A stretch of 64,000 bases of DNA, from NCBI GenBank assembly GCA_001599295.1, contig BCGN01000001.1, positions 1,612,001 through 1,676,000 on the forward strand, written 5' to 3'. The translations under genes were made by a program, and so were the position numbers. Below are positions 36,165-48,700 of the stretch, one piece after another; position 1 is the stretch's first letter, and each line of letters opens with the position of its first letter. Below the pieces are notes generated by a model that saw only the letters and a list, made by a program, of their open reading frames with translations, made no database searches and was not told where the DNA came from. This DNA comes from Sporopachydermia quercuum. Lineage: Eukaryota.

Positions 36165-37443
36165 TGTTAACCTAATGTTTAAAGCTGTGGCAAAAGGTGA
36201 TTGATTGGTCTGAGCTGTTATCGACAGAACAAAAAGCAGCAAACATATAAGAAGAACAATCAAAGTTAAAATGTTCTATTGTCAATAGCATAAGTATAGC
36301 TCATCCAAGTTTCTACCTATAGTCATCTGAGTACATTGTTTCTCTTATCTGGCACTTTGTTGAATGATAAATAGTGAATGAAGCAGAGGAGAAACGCTAG
36401 AAAGGAATAAAAAAGACTAAATACAATTGAGTTTCACATTAGAGTTAGATTGATACAAGCTCTAAGCGTTAAAATTACACTTTGAATACGGAATCTCGAA
36501 TCAGGAAATTAACTTCAACCTAAAAAGATAAAATCATTCATCAAACTTTTGGAGCTCTTTTACTTATAACTTGACAGGTTCAATAAACAAATAAAACAAC
36601 ATAAAATAGAAATAATCAGTTTCACCAACATCAAAATCCAGTTCACGTACTAGGGATGTTATCAATCATAATATATACACAAGGAAACTATTCAAAACAT
36701 TTCCTCCATCTTTGTCTCTTGCTTCCTCCTCGAACGTCTTTAAACTGCCAAACCGTTGCATATCTGCAAATTTCACATCCACGACCGTGAATACCAGTAT
36801 GGTGACATGCAGAAGAGCACTATTTTTTTTGATCTTTATACCTGAGAAAGCGATAAACTTTTGAACAAATTTCCACTGGCATTGTAGTAAAAAGTGCTTT
36901 GATATGTGTTTTATTTGCTATTCGAATTTGATTCTGAATCAATAAGAAACGAATAGGACATGAACAATAAACAAAATAATCTGCAATACACCAGCATTCT
37001 AGAACTACCAGATGCTGCAGCAGTAGTATATTATCATCCATTCATTCAAGGGTCCCAGGCATCGTGCATAGATAAGGAAAAAGACTCAAATGCCAATTTC
37101 ATAATCCAAGTATATTGAAACGCAGGATTCAAGCAATTCACTAACTTCCACCAGCATGGTTTCACGGCTTCCAAACTTGTTTTTTTATTGGGGGGGGGTT
37201 CTTGAGCTTATTCGAAATCAGTTACGTTAGCTACATCGATATAAATGTGACATTTGTTCAGGATTGCCAGGCTAACTTTCCTCATACCATTGATAGAAAC
37301 ATCTTAATTACTTATACATTCAGAACTCACAACTAAGAGACTCACATTCCATCACTGAAGCATCTTTCTTATATTCTATTCTGATCATTGAAAAAGAGAA
37401 AATTCAATATTTCAAGATAAAGTGAACCATTGACAGCTTTTCT

Positions 37444-40400
37444 TTAACGATATCCATTATTTCCATAACCTCTTCCTCGGCCTCGATAAGATCCTCTATT
37501 ATTACTACTATTACTGTGATGGCCAAAACTGTTCCCGCCAGGATTGTAATAACCGGTATTACTAGGAGCTGGTTGTGAATTTGTTGAAGAATAGTTGTTG
37601 TTATTGTAATTACTGCTACTATTATAACTATTGTTACTCCCACCACTGTAGGAACTATCACCATAATTTCTATTATAATTACCAGAGTTGAAGGTACTGT
37701 TATAATTGCTTTGATAGTTTTTGTTATTTCCACCTCGTCTATTATAACCACCTCTGTTATTATAATTACTATTATAGTTATTATTATAACCGTTATTGTT
37801 ATTATTATAATTATTATAGCCGCTATTGTTACTATAAGTCTTACTATAACCATTATTGTTATTAAAATTATTGTAACCATTGTTATAGTTGTTATAGCCA
37901 TTATTGTAATTACCGGAATTATTCTGATAGCCTCTATTATAATTTCCATTATAACCACCACCAGATCCACCATTTCCACCTGCACCTCCATAATTTGGCT
38001 TCGCCGGCCTTGAAGCACTATCACTTTCGCCATGATTCAAATAGTATTTGTAACTACCCCATCGTACAGAATACACTCCATCAGCCCTTGGAGCAGCTAA
38101 TATAAACTCTCTAGTACTCTTGCCTACCATTTGCTGAGTATTGTATCCATTGTTCTGACGGAATCTATTGTTGAACCCATTAGCGATAATCTCCTTATCT
38201 TCAAAAGTAAGCAAAGGAGTACTTGGAATGTATCCATTAAGGAGAATTGACTTAGAAGCAACAACTTTCTTGGGCATTCGATAAGTGCACTGTATAACTG
38301 ATCCTGGAGACAAACTGGGATAGTCTTCACTGCCTATATTTAAAGGGAAAGGCCAAGGCTCTTTTATGTTGAAGTTATCATCCATTCTTAATTCTCCGGC
38401 CAATCCTGTGGCTGATGCATGGATAGAAACTGCCTTTAGCCTCTTATCATCACTAGCATCATTCCTAGCACCTTCACTATTGTCCTTGTTGAACAAAACT
38501 TCAGTTATCTTCTTGAACAATTTATGACCATAGCCAATAAGCACAACTTCTTCTTTCCTTTTGTTTCTCTCTTTTTCATTGTCAGATAGCAATGGATACA
38601 CTTGATGTATAGCTTTTAATAACCTTTGCTCATCAATAAATGGCAACAAAGCTATACCTTGCCAGGACATTTTCTTACCATTCATGTCAATAGGAAAATC
38701 CTCAGGGTAGAAATCGATAATATCAGAGTCCGGATCAGACATTAAAGGTCTAAACAACTCAGGTAGATTATGTCCGGAGGCCGCCGGCAAAACTCCCATT
38801 AATTGCTCATATGGTTTGAATGGTTCACCCAATACGAATTCCACCTTCATTGAGCTCACTCCAACGAAATCTGCAGCAAATGGTGCATAATGATAAGGGT
38901 AAAACCATTTCCAGGAAGGGCATCCTTGGAAATAGTATAGCAGAACCCAACTCACACCTTCAATGTAATGTCGAGCTACCTGTTTTCTGAATTCTACGTC
39001 TGAAGCATCCACATGGAACTTCTGCGTATAGTATCTGTCTCTGTAGCCTGGTTCGTAGTATTTGATGGTATCAGCCGAAGGGTCATCGAATTCTGACAGT
39101 TCAGAAGGATCTTCTGTTTCGGTTGTAACTGCTGAAGGATCTGCTGAAGTGCCTCGTTTGATTCTCTTAGCTTCAGATTCTGAATTTTCCTCATTGACAC
39201 TGGATTCTGTATTGTTATCATAGTTGTCACCGTCATTAACATCACTACTACTGGCGTTAACGCTAGCATCATCAGCTTTTCGTTTGCCAGTTAGAGAATC
39301 TTTCAATAAAGTAGCTGCTTCTTTATTAGCCATATTGGCCAAAGTGATATCTTTCCTACTGTGGATCAACTGTGAGTTGGTCATATGCACTTGGCCTACT
39401 GACTTTCCATCTGTTGTGTACAAAGGCATATTAGCTAATGGGTGTAAAGGAGCTTTATCCTTACCTCTAGAAACCTGAGGCAAGTACTGTGATGATAATT
39501 GAGCCGTTTCAGTTTGCGCTTCTTTCCTTCTTCTATCGTTTTCTTCTCTTCTGAGCTCCTGTTGTCTTCTTCGTCTGAAAATCTCATCCTCTTCTTCCGC
39601 CAATCCAGCAAGAAGCTTTTCAACTCGTTCTAAATTCACCACACCATCTTTGGTTATATATCCTTTCAAACGAGGCAATGTTCTTTTCCATACTCTGACC
39701 AAATTATCTACAGAGTTTTCTCTGACATCTAGTGATGGTAAATGAGGTAGGAAATCATTACCTACAAAGAAACAAATAAAGACCCAATCGTCAATAGCTC
39801 TTTCAATTTCGAAAGGAAATGCTAATCTGGGCACGTCTAGTTCTATTTCGAGATATTCCCGTAGAACATCAACATGTAGCCATAAGAACGGCGTTTCCTC
39901 TTCCTGCTTGCCGTTAGCAGCTTCGTTAATAGACATAGCAAGCAATTCTGCAGCATCTCTTCGTTTTCTATCGTTCTTGGCAAAAACATCTTCACGAAGA
40001 ATCTTAAAATGAGGTTCATGTGTCGCCAAGCCAAGGAAAATTAAATCAGCATCTAATCCATATATACAATGTCGAGTATTAGGATCATAACTTGGATCGC
40101 TTCTTTGAGATCTGATGAAGTTCATAATCTTATGTTCACCTTCTCCAGGAACACTGGCGTCAGAAATGATAATCTGGAGATCTTTCCAGCCTGGGTCATT
40201 TGCTAATTTATAAGCAACCCAGAATCTTAAAGCTTGGGCTAGAATACTCATGAAAGGTGTTCCTGGTGTAATAGCATTAGAATCCCAGGTTTTCTTACCT
40301 TTAATAGCATCATCAATGACTTCTCCCCTGTTTTCCATTTCAGAGATTGCTTGCTCTTTGGCGTCGTTAGCAATTTTTGCATCCTGAGCTGATCTGAATC

Positions 40401-40749
40401 GTCTTGACCGCTGTTGATTCATCTTTGCTCTTGGAGCTACCCCGTCAACAGCTATCATCAAAAGTTTTCTTGGTCTGGCCATATTTAAAACTCTGTCTGT
40501 ATATTTGAATACATCCAGCATCATTTCTGCTTCAGTTTCTGGTGCTGGTTTATGCTCCGGATGAGAGCAAGGATGAACAATACCATTCATATCAAGGTAT
40601 AAATTATCTAGCTCACCATTGGGGTTAGGATTGATATAACTGCTTGGACACCTAACACCATCAACATCTACGCTGTCTACTTCAATTACCGGTGAGATAA
40701 TTTTAGGGTATTTCCGTGACAGCCAACGGAAGAAAGCTGGAACACCCAT
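37444..40749 (-). CDS. RAT1: Nuclear 5'-3' exoribonuclease Rat1/Xrn2, 1101 aa
   Basis: MGVPAFFRWLSRKYP, DNLYLDMNGIVH, DGVAPRAKMNQQRSRRF, GEGEHKI, GNDFLPHLP. Confidence 0.97.
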   Translation of the reverse strand: MGVPAFFRWLSRKYPKIISPVIEVDSVDVDGVRCPSSYINPNPNGELDNLYLDMNGIVHPCSHPEHKPAPETEAEMMLDVFKYTDRVLNMARPRKLLMIAVDGVAPRAKMNQQRSRRFRSAQDAKIANDAKEQAISEMENRGEVIDDAIKGKKTWDSNAITPGTPFMSILAQALRFWVAYKLANDPGWKDLQIIISDASVPGEGEHKIMNFIRSQRSDPSYDPNTRHCIYGLDADLIFLGLATHEPHFKILREDVFAKNDRKRRDAAELLAMSINEAANGKQEEETPFLWLHVDVLREYLEIELDVPRLAFPFEIERAIDDWVFICFFVGNDFLPHLPSLDVRENSVDNLVRVWKRTLPRLKGYITKDGVVNLERVEKLLAGLAEEEDEIFRRRRQQELRREENDRRRKEAQTETAQLSSQYLPQVSRGKDKAPLHPLANMPLYTTDGKSVGQVHMTNSQLIHSRKDITLANMANKEAATLLKDSLTGKRKADDASVNASSSDVNDGDNYDNNTESSVNEENSESEAKRIKRGTSADPSAVTTETEDPSELSEFDDPSADTIKYYEPGYRDRYYTQKFHVDASDVEFRKQVARHYIEGVSWVLLYYFQGCPSWKWFYPYHYAPFAADFVGVSSMKVEFVLGEPFKPYEQLMGVLPAASGHNLPELFRPLMSDPDSDIIDFYPEDFPIDMNGKKMSWQGIALLPFIDEQRLLKAIHQVYPLLSDNEKERNKRKEEVVLIGYGHKLFKKITEVLFNKDNSEGARNDASDDKRLKAVSIHASATGLAGELRMDDNFNIKEPWPFPLNIGSEDYPSLSPGSVIQCTYRMPKKVVASKSILLNGYIPSTPLLTFEDKEIIANGFNNRFRQNNGYNTQQMVGKSTREFILAAPRADGVYSVRWGSYKYYLNHGESDSASRPAKPNYGGAGGNGGSGGGYNGNYNRGYQNNSGNYNNGYNNYNNGYNNFNNNNGYSKTYSNNSGYNNYNNNNNGYNNNYNSNYNNRGGYNRRGGNNKNYQSNYNSTFNSGNYNRNYGDSSYSGGSNNSYNSSSNYNNNNYSSTNSQPAPSNTGYYNPGGNSFGHHSNSSNNRGSYRGRGRGYGNNGYR

Positions 40750-41039
40750 TATGTGAAATGCTGCTGATAGCGGTTATGAAAAGGATAGTAACTGGTGAAT
40801 AAGGGCTATTCAGGCCTAATTGTGTCCTAAGGTACCTGTCGTAAATCGTTGGCACAAAAATCTATTGGGAGAAACACAAACAGAACACTACTTTATGTAT
40901 ACGTCATAGTGTACTGCATTCAGTAACTTTCATAAGCAACGGTTTGGTTATTAGAGAAATATAATACTAGTACATAGTAATTGGATTCTTGATGAAGAAA
41001 AAATAAAAAATAAAGAAGAGAAAACGGAGAAGAAATACG

Positions 41040-41205
41040 TGAAAAATTTCGGAAAAGGCAAAACGAAAAATGTTTTTACCTTTTCGGGGGGGGGGGGGGT
41101 GGTATGTGAAGACTTGATGAAAATCATGTGATGCAACAAAATGACAATGAAGTTTTGATTAGATAAGCAACAATAAAGAAACGAAGGCCTTTGAGGATAG
41201 ATGAG
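41040..41205. promoter_or_regulatory. RRPE-like (TGAAAAATTT, 41040) and PAC-core (GATGAG, 41200) motifs in the RAT1 divergent promoter
   Basis: Direct motif matches upstream of an rRNA-processing gene; short motifs, so chance cannot be excluded. Confidence 0.5.
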
Positions 41206-41582
41206 ATGCGAGAAGCGAATAAGAGGGATTTGAAAGTGGCTGCTTACCAACTGGCTGAGAAACAAAATTAGAATATATCACTTGCTGCATTGAAAATCAT
41301 TGGAAAATTTCCAATGTGAATATGAAGCCGAGCTCACTATTGTTTACACTCTATCATTCAGGTTAGCCTCCGCAATTCTTTCAAAGCGGAGATTATAATC
41401 TTTTTAAAGTTAATTATTATATCCGATATCCATCCCCAAAATCAACCTCTTCATTCTTTTCCTTCTCTTATACCATTAATTCACTCTTGATCAACATTTT
41501 TTACTACAAATCCAATGTATTACGATGTTCCTTCGTACCGGCTCATAAAATCATATTGTTCCACATATTTCCCCTAGCCATC

Positions 41583-43424
41583 ATGTGGAAACGAACATCA
41601 GCACATAGCTCACCAATCGTTTCCTATGCCCAACGAAGAAGCCTTTTCGGTTGGCAGAAGAAACTCAAAGCAACGAGGAAACAAATCGAGGATGATAAAA
41701 AGTCAGGTATATATGTCCCAGATTTCACTGTGACGCCTACTACCTTTTCATATCCAGTATCAAAGAAAACATCATGGGCTGGAAGTGAGAACAATAAGGC
41801 AACAGACACCGACAGATTAGCATCAGCATCGGAAGTAGCTGATGGATTCATTGCTCGACTATTTCGAGTCGGAGGTCATCCGGTTTTGAAATCTGATGAA
41901 GATATTCGGTTTGAGTTTGAAAAGTATCCGTTGATAACTGCTGAATTGCTTCGGAACAAAACGGAAAGACCAAGAAATATTCGGATGCTGGCAAGAGATT
42001 TTATGGACGATTCATTATATAACTTCAATTACGGATATTTCTCCAAGGAGGCCGAAATCTTCTCACCAGAAAAGCCTTTTGATTATGCTGAAATCAAAGA
42101 TGTTGATGATTTTATGGACCAGTGGGTTTNTGAGTATAAACGGTATGATGCAACAGATAAACGAAAAGAAGTTGGTAAAGAGGGGGGTGAAAATGTAGAA
42201 AAGCCAAAGAATAAAACTAGAGTGATAGGCCAAACATCCAAGAGAACGTCTGGTAAAAAATTAGAAATGAGGCCTGAAGATTTCAAAACTATGGAGACAA
42301 ATTTACAGTTATGGCACACACCAACAGAAGTTTTTCAACCTTTCTATGGTCAAGCTTTAGCTAGATATCTATTGGTCAACTATAAGCTGTCTTTATTTCC
42401 TGTACATGACCTTATAATATATGAAATGGGAGGTGGCAATGGTACCTTGATGTTGAATATTATGGATTATATTAGAGAGCTAATGCCGGAGGTTTACGAA
42501 CGAACAAAGTATAGAATTATAGAAATTTCTCCTAAATTGGCCAAAAAACAGAGGCAAAAGAAAACTTCAGCAAGTAAGGAAGATAGCCCAGGAGTTGTAA
42601 TGGAAAAAGCTAAGAATGCTGGACATGGTAGTAAAGTTGAAGTTATTAATAAGAGTATATTTGAATGGGATACAATAGTCAGAGAACCTGTCTTCTTTAT
42701 AGGTCTTGAAGTTATTGATAACTTTGCTCATGATGTTGTAAGGTATGATATTTACTCTGGCGTTCCTTATCAAGCCCATGTCGTTATTGATGAGCATGGA
42801 GAGTTTCATGAATACTATAGTGAGGAACTCGATCCTTGGTGTGAACATTATTTGGAGCTTAGAGAAAAGGGACAGTATCCTTATTATAGTCGTTGGGGCT
42901 CAGAATGCGAAGAAGTAAACGAGTCATTTTGGAAAAGGCAAAAAAAGTTTGATATTGACTTGATTCAACCTTTAAATCGTCCTTTTTGGTACCGAAAAAT
43001 GAAAGTGAAGCTTTGGCCTTTCAGAGCTGGTCTAAGTGATGCTGAGTTTATTCCTACTCGATACTTACAATTTTTGCATGTGTTGAAAAAATACTTTCCT
43101 AATCATCACTTATTACTTTCAGATTTCACATGGTTGCCTGACACAGCAACCGGCTACAATGGACCTGTTGTTCAAACTGTGTTAAATCGGAAGATGGTAA
43201 CCTGTGATACCTATATGGTTCTACAGGGCTATTTCGATATAATGTTTGGAACTGATTTCGCGTTAGCTAGTGATTTGTATCGACAAGTATGTGGGAAACA
43301 GATTAGCATTGCCTCACATTCTGATTTTCTTTCAGTTTGGGCTGATTTGGATGAAGCAACAACTAAAGTTGGTGAAAGTCCTATGATCAAATTTTACAAG
43401 AATGCAGCATTCATGTATAATTAA
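41583..43424 (+). CDS. Mitochondrial SAM-dependent methyltransferase, NDUFAF7/MidA family (YKL162C-like), 613 aa
   Basis: RDFMDDSLYNFNYGYFS, WHTPTEVFQPFYG, YEMGGGNGTL, EVIDNFAHD; Arg-rich presequence MWKRT...RRSLF. Confidence 0.85.
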   Translation: MWKRTSAHSSPIVSYAQRRSLFGWQKKLKATRKQIEDDKKSGIYVPDFTVTPTTFSYPVSKKTSWAGSENNKATDTDRLASASEVADGFIARLFRVGGHPVLKSDEDIRFEFEKYPLITAELLRNKTERPRNIRMLARDFMDDSLYNFNYGYFSKEAEIFSPEKPFDYAEIKDVDDFMDQWVXEYKRYDATDKRKEVGKEGGENVEKPKNKTRVIGQTSKRTSGKKLEMRPEDFKTMETNLQLWHTPTEVFQPFYGQALARYLLVNYKLSLFPVHDLIIYEMGGGNGTLMLNIMDYIRELMPEVYERTKYRIIEISPKLAKKQRQKKTSASKEDSPGVVMEKAKNAGHGSKVEVINKSIFEWDTIVREPVFFIGLEVIDNFAHDVVRYDIYSGVPYQAHVVIDEHGEFHEYYSEELDPWCEHYLELREKGQYPYYSRWGSECEEVNESFWKRQKKFDIDLIQPLNRPFWYRKMKVKLWPFRAGLSDAEFIPTRYLQFLHVLKKYFPNHHLLLSDFTWLPDTATGYNGPVVQTVLNRKMVTCDTYMVLQGYFDIMFGTDFALASDLYRQVCGKQISIASHSDFLSVWADLDEATTKVGESPMIKFYKNAAFMYN

Positions 43425-43812
43425 TTCCTTGTATATAACCATTTTATCATGACCATGTTCATGGAAATCAACGTATTGATGTCAATTATTGGAATCCTGT
43501 AGTCCTTGCGCCATTATGTGTTGTTTTAAGGGAACCAATAGAGCTATTCCGTTCGTTGTATAGTAGGTTCTTTGAGGTTTGTAGTTAGACTAGCTATGTC
43601 ATAAATGTCATACAGGTTGTCGCTTTCATTAGAAAGGTGATCACGTGATTTAACAGACATTTTTGAGTCATGTTGGCAAACATATAATTCAATCTGTATT
43701 ATTAACGGCGGCTCAATCACTATTTTGAATTATATATGAACTACAAGAATTGGATTCTTGAATATCAGGGTACATCAGGACAGCAAGGGATAAAGAGTAT
43801 CAAAAATTCAAA

Positions 43813-44317
43813 ATGGCTGTTCCAGATAACAATAAACTATATACTATGTAAGTTTTCGGATGGGGATGCCGACAATGACTGCTGAGATTGCAGAGTGCCC
43901 AAGAGAATTGAAACGTTTCTCCAAAGAGAAGACAAAAAAAGATGAAACCCCAAACATAGAGACAATAGGAAATGAATCTATAATGGGTAGCAAATGGGAT
44001 CAAATAATTGTCGATCAAAATAATATGTTTGAANGAGGCTTGAATGAGTTTACTAACCACAGTTTGATAGAGACTTGGAGATTCCAGTTGAAACATCTAG
44101 ACAAGCAGAGATAATACAAAAATCTTTAGAGCCTGATCCAATATTGAGACCAAATGAGATCACTATTAATTACACAACGCGNGATGAAATAGTCGTGATA
44201 CATCTGAAAGCTGTTAGTGATAGAGTGTTAAGAGTAGCAACTAACAGTTTGATGGACAACATCAAAGTGCTGATAGAGTGTTTGGATGACCTTGATGTTG
44301 ACACAATATATAAATAA
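43813..44317 (+). CDS. PCC1: KEOPS/EKC subunit Pcc1; 2 exons (43813-43847, 44071-44317), 93 aa
   Basis: LEIPVETSRQAEI...LEPDPIL...DRVLRVATNSLMDNIK; intron 43848-44070 (GTAAGT/TACTAAC/TAG) gives an in-frame join. Confidence 0.9.
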
Positions 44318-45728
44318 CAGTTGCCTTAACGCAGAAATAAATAAGGAGGATATAAGTCGTTCGTTTGAATAATTACAGATAAAGGATAAAACAACGATTA
44401 AAGAGAATTGAGTGATATCATGATCATTTAGACCCCAGCTGAAATATGTGTCATGAGAGGAAGAAACAATATCCGATTATTTGCTTGAAGAAGCCAGAAT
44501 TTCAAGCCAGCAATGTCCTGGTATACTCCAATCATTATCTAATATGTTGAATCAATTTGGAGGACTGTACTATATGGAGATAGATATAATATTCTCATGG
44601 AGGAACATCACATGATATGAAATAATGTTACCTGACCAACTCAAGATTATGTCATCAACTAATGCTTGTTTCAATTTTATAGCTTTGCTCTGAATAGTCT
44701 CAGAAGATCGTTCAAAAGGCCCGACGTTGTTAGATAATCTGTATCATTAAAGAATAATGTCGAGTTTACTATTGTGCTTCCATCTTTCTGATAGTATCTC
44801 ATCGAATGATTCTCCTCGACTTTCTCTTCTGGTACTTTATAAGGGATGCCGAGTTACCGGAACAGGAGATCTTATATGAAATGTTGATGTATCGTTTCCG
44901 CTATTTTGTCACTTGCTAATACATCAATTGTGTACGTGTATGATTAATAATTTCCCACTGTAATCAGTTAAGACTCTTTCTAAATATATATTCTAATGTT
45001 ACCATATCTCTTAAAAGTGCCAAGTAAGAAGCGTTCACAGAATCACGGACAAATCGAGGCCTAGCTTTTAATTACGAAATAGTGAATAACGGAAATGATA
45101 CATGTCATTTCCATCAGTTTATTTTTTAACTATTGCACTTTCACTTTCCTTTATCAAATAAGCGCTCTCCCACATGAAAAATTACATAACTTCCATTAAC
45201 TGGACATTATATTTACTACAGAATAAAGTGTTCAAATTACTGTTGTTGTCAAATATAACTATAGGTCAATGCAATTAAAACTCGCTTTTTAAACTGTTTG
45301 TTGATCCCGACCAATCCCGCCCATAAATCACTTTTCCCTTCAACATTGTGGACCTGTCGATTATTCAGCAAACTTTATCGCATTAGTGTTGAACACAAAC
45401 TACAATCAAATCAACCACCAATCACAAATCAATTTGAAAGCACAAAGCAGAGAAAAAGACGTATCATATGTTGCTGGTATAATTCAAAACGTTGCAACAA
45501 GTAAAAAGCTTCTTGGTAGTCAAATTACTTCTACGAAGATTGCTACAGTAGCAATTCACTTGCAACGTGGAATCGATTCTTTCACTCCTAGGGTATAATT
45601 CGGCCGTCAACCTCAACAGTAAATGTACTTCGAGATTAGATACTAAAGTTCCCGAAACCTGAAATTTGACCTCCCTGTCTTGACGTATCTAGATGGTGTG
45701 AGAACTATTAGGATTATTAACTGCAGGT

Positions 45729-48700
45729 ATGGAAAGAGGAGTACCAAACTATGAAGATTTACTTCAAAACCAGGCCCAGGCTCAAGCTCAAGGGCAATCT
45801 CAAGGACAGATGCCAGTACAAGGGCAACCTCAATTACAACACAACATATACACAACTGAAGATGGGCATCTAACACCAATCTCAGGAAGGAGAATTTTGG
45901 CTTCTACATTTGTCCCAGGAAATTTGGCAATCAATCAATCATCAACTAGTATAAACGCTGTAAATGCTACTAGCGTTGACACCAGCACTAACCGCGATTT
46001 GAGTATTCCAAACACTCCTGTTTTATCCACTGCACATCCACATCATACTCATCCAACAATAGGCGGTAGCCTGAACACTCATCATAATACCAGTGGCAGT
46101 AATAATCAAATGAAACAATCAAATTTACAAAATAACTCAGATGCCTTACGATTAGCAACATCGATTTCTCCTTTTCCTTCATCGACCAACATTAAATCGA
46201 TGAACATTTCAAGTGCAAGCCAGAGCCCTGTTGGTAGCCACGCAGTACCGACTTATCGACAATTTTCAAGTAGTCCAGCACCTGTACCGGCACCTGTTCA
46301 AGTACAAGCATCCACACCAGGTCTTGTTGCAGCGACAGTTCTAGCTGGTACCCCAGCTTCAACTCCGAGTACCATCGGAATAGGTATGCAACGTGTGCGC
46401 TCTTCCAGCTCATCTCTCTCATCAACAAGTACCGGTCACTCTTGGGAAACAGACAAATCTAATCAAGCCATACGAGAAAAGCTATCAGCTATGATTCCTA
46501 CAATTGGCCAATTAGAATTAGAAGTCTCAGAGAAAGGAAAGTATTTCAGCAAAAAGATTCAAATGTTGAGCACAGTTTCTAGTTTAGAGATGCCTGTAAC
46601 TGTGAACACTTATGTCAGAAAGAAGGAAGAGCTGTTAAGATTTAGCGATGAGTTATGGAAACTTTGTCGGTCACACACAACGTTAATTGACTTGTATCAT
46701 GACTTTTTATCGTATGCTTATAGATCAGGTGGTACAGAATATTCTCAAAAGATTGTTGTTAACTACAAAATTCCTAGCAGATTAAGATCATTTGGTATAT
46801 TCAACTTTTTGGAGATCCTCAAACTTTTCCTTATCACATATTTTGAGCTTGATTCAAGGTGCAATACATCTAAATTCAGCGGCAGCTCATCATCAGGATA
46901 TAATAGTTACGCCAGTCAAAGTGGATCCATTCCAGGTTCAGCTATGACATCATTACCGCCATCTTCCTTATCAATGACTGCCGCAGCGGCAGTGGTCAAC
47001 GCATCTTCTTTGCTACATAGAATGGCACCTAATACGTATGAAGAACTAGCTGCTTTATTTATTAGTTATTCATTTTCCATCCTCACCACATTGGTTGAGT
47101 CTCCATATAAATGTACACATATATGGGCCGAGGACCTAGGTGATCTTTCTAAGTTTGCTATCAACTGGTATCGAGTAAGAGAAATCGATTGGAAAGTTTC
47201 AGCAGAATTTTGGTACATGTTTGCCTCTAGGTTATTAACGGGGCAAGGGAGAATTTATTATCACCAGGCGTTAGTGTCAATGGAGGGTTTAGAGTCTTTA
47301 TACCTTTTGAGCAAATCTCTGACCGCTTCTGAATCGTATCTGCCATCAAGAAAAGTTATTGCTGCATTGTTGAAAGAGCAAAGCTTGTCAAGGATTAATT
47401 CTCGGGTAATTCCCTCTGTCGAATCCAACATCCTTTACTTTTTCGTTAGTCACAAGTACATTTTCGAAGTCGCTAATTCTGCATCATTGCCAAGATTAAA
47501 GTATAACGATGCTCCCAGCAAAGCAGCTGGTATTTCTGCAAATGCTAGAATGAAAAAGTCTTCTTTGGAGGCACAAGACTTTGAGCGGAATTGTGATAGG
47601 ATCTTTCGAGATATAGAAACAATGTCAAGACAGCAAGATGCGTTAACGCTGGAATCACACTTTTGGATTGTACCGGGTGCAGGTGTGAGAAAACCTATTA
47701 ACTCGAATTATGGAGTGGCTGGGCAATATAAATCACGCTCGATTGATAATCTCCTGGAGCATGAGGACCATTATATCTTCTGGTTTCAAAGAGGTTCACC
47801 GTTTGCCATAATTACAATATCACATTTTATAAATTTTGACGAGGGAAATCTTTTCAGTAAACTCTTCAAGTGCGACCCAGAACGTGGCGACGCGAACTCT
47901 GAAACCGGAACCAACAACTTTGAAGTAGAAAAGTCACGTTTACTGTTACAAATATTAGAGATTAAACCTGAAATTGCATTTTTTTCGATGAGCATGCTTA
48001 AATCTTACACTTTACTCCCTACAGCTATAGGGGCACCTCATGTTTTAGTATGGCTCCACTTTATAACTGCCACTCTTATTGCTGTGAAACGTCAACATGA
48101 AGAAGAGCTTCGCATAACAGCTAAAACTAACGGAGCGTTTATGTCTGGAAAACGGAAATCCATTCCACGATATGAAATGCTAATAAAGCTACTATGGGCT
48201 AGGATTGTTCCTTGGAACCATATAGTTACATTTCTCAATAAGATCATGGTCCATGTAAATGAGCATGCTGCATTGGATCCAGAAGTATCGCATATTGTGT
48301 CAATATTTGAGTTATGGGCTCAAGCGGGTAATTTAGATCGAATGGTAACATCAAATGTGTTACCGGAAGAATGGCGATTACTGGGAATTAAATGGATGGA
48401 TTATGTTAGTAAATTCAGAAACTGTGAAGGTGTTGATCTTCAAGTAGAAGCATCTAGTATCAGTGCGGATTCATTATTGGATTCTGTTGTGGATCAGAAT
48501 GCTCTTGATACTCCGTTTGCGGGGGATGTTGCCTACAAATCGAACACTTTAATCAGATATTCGAAAATAGCAACTTTAGGTAAATACTTAGCAAACTCAA
48601 GCGTTATTGCTATCCATTTCAACGAGGAAAGTAAACTATTTGGTTTGGATGAAAGAAAGTTTAAGCTTTTCGATAACGAGGTTGAGTTTTTTGGCCAGAT

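Noticed and set aside
36165..36263. Signal-peptide-like TTG-initiated extension on the DAGK-like gene
   Set aside because: Probably T-rich UTR translated by chance; DAGKc proteins are cytosolic and there is no other support.
37404..38033. 209-aa Ile/Val-rich ORF and antisense ORF overlapping the RAT1 tail
   Set aside because: Shadow frames of the Asn-codon repeat, not independent membrane proteins.
22128..40749. CUG codon reassignment (Ser or Ala)
   Set aside because: CTG encodes conserved Leu in RAT1 (RWLSRKYP) and LAP2 (HFWLNEG).
41086..41102. Poly-G runs (also ~37190) as G-quadruplexes
   Set aside because: Simple homopolymers, prone to sequencing error; no further evidence.
43860..44114. 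84-aa ORF
   Set aside because: Lies almost entirely within the PCC1 intron; no recognisable features.
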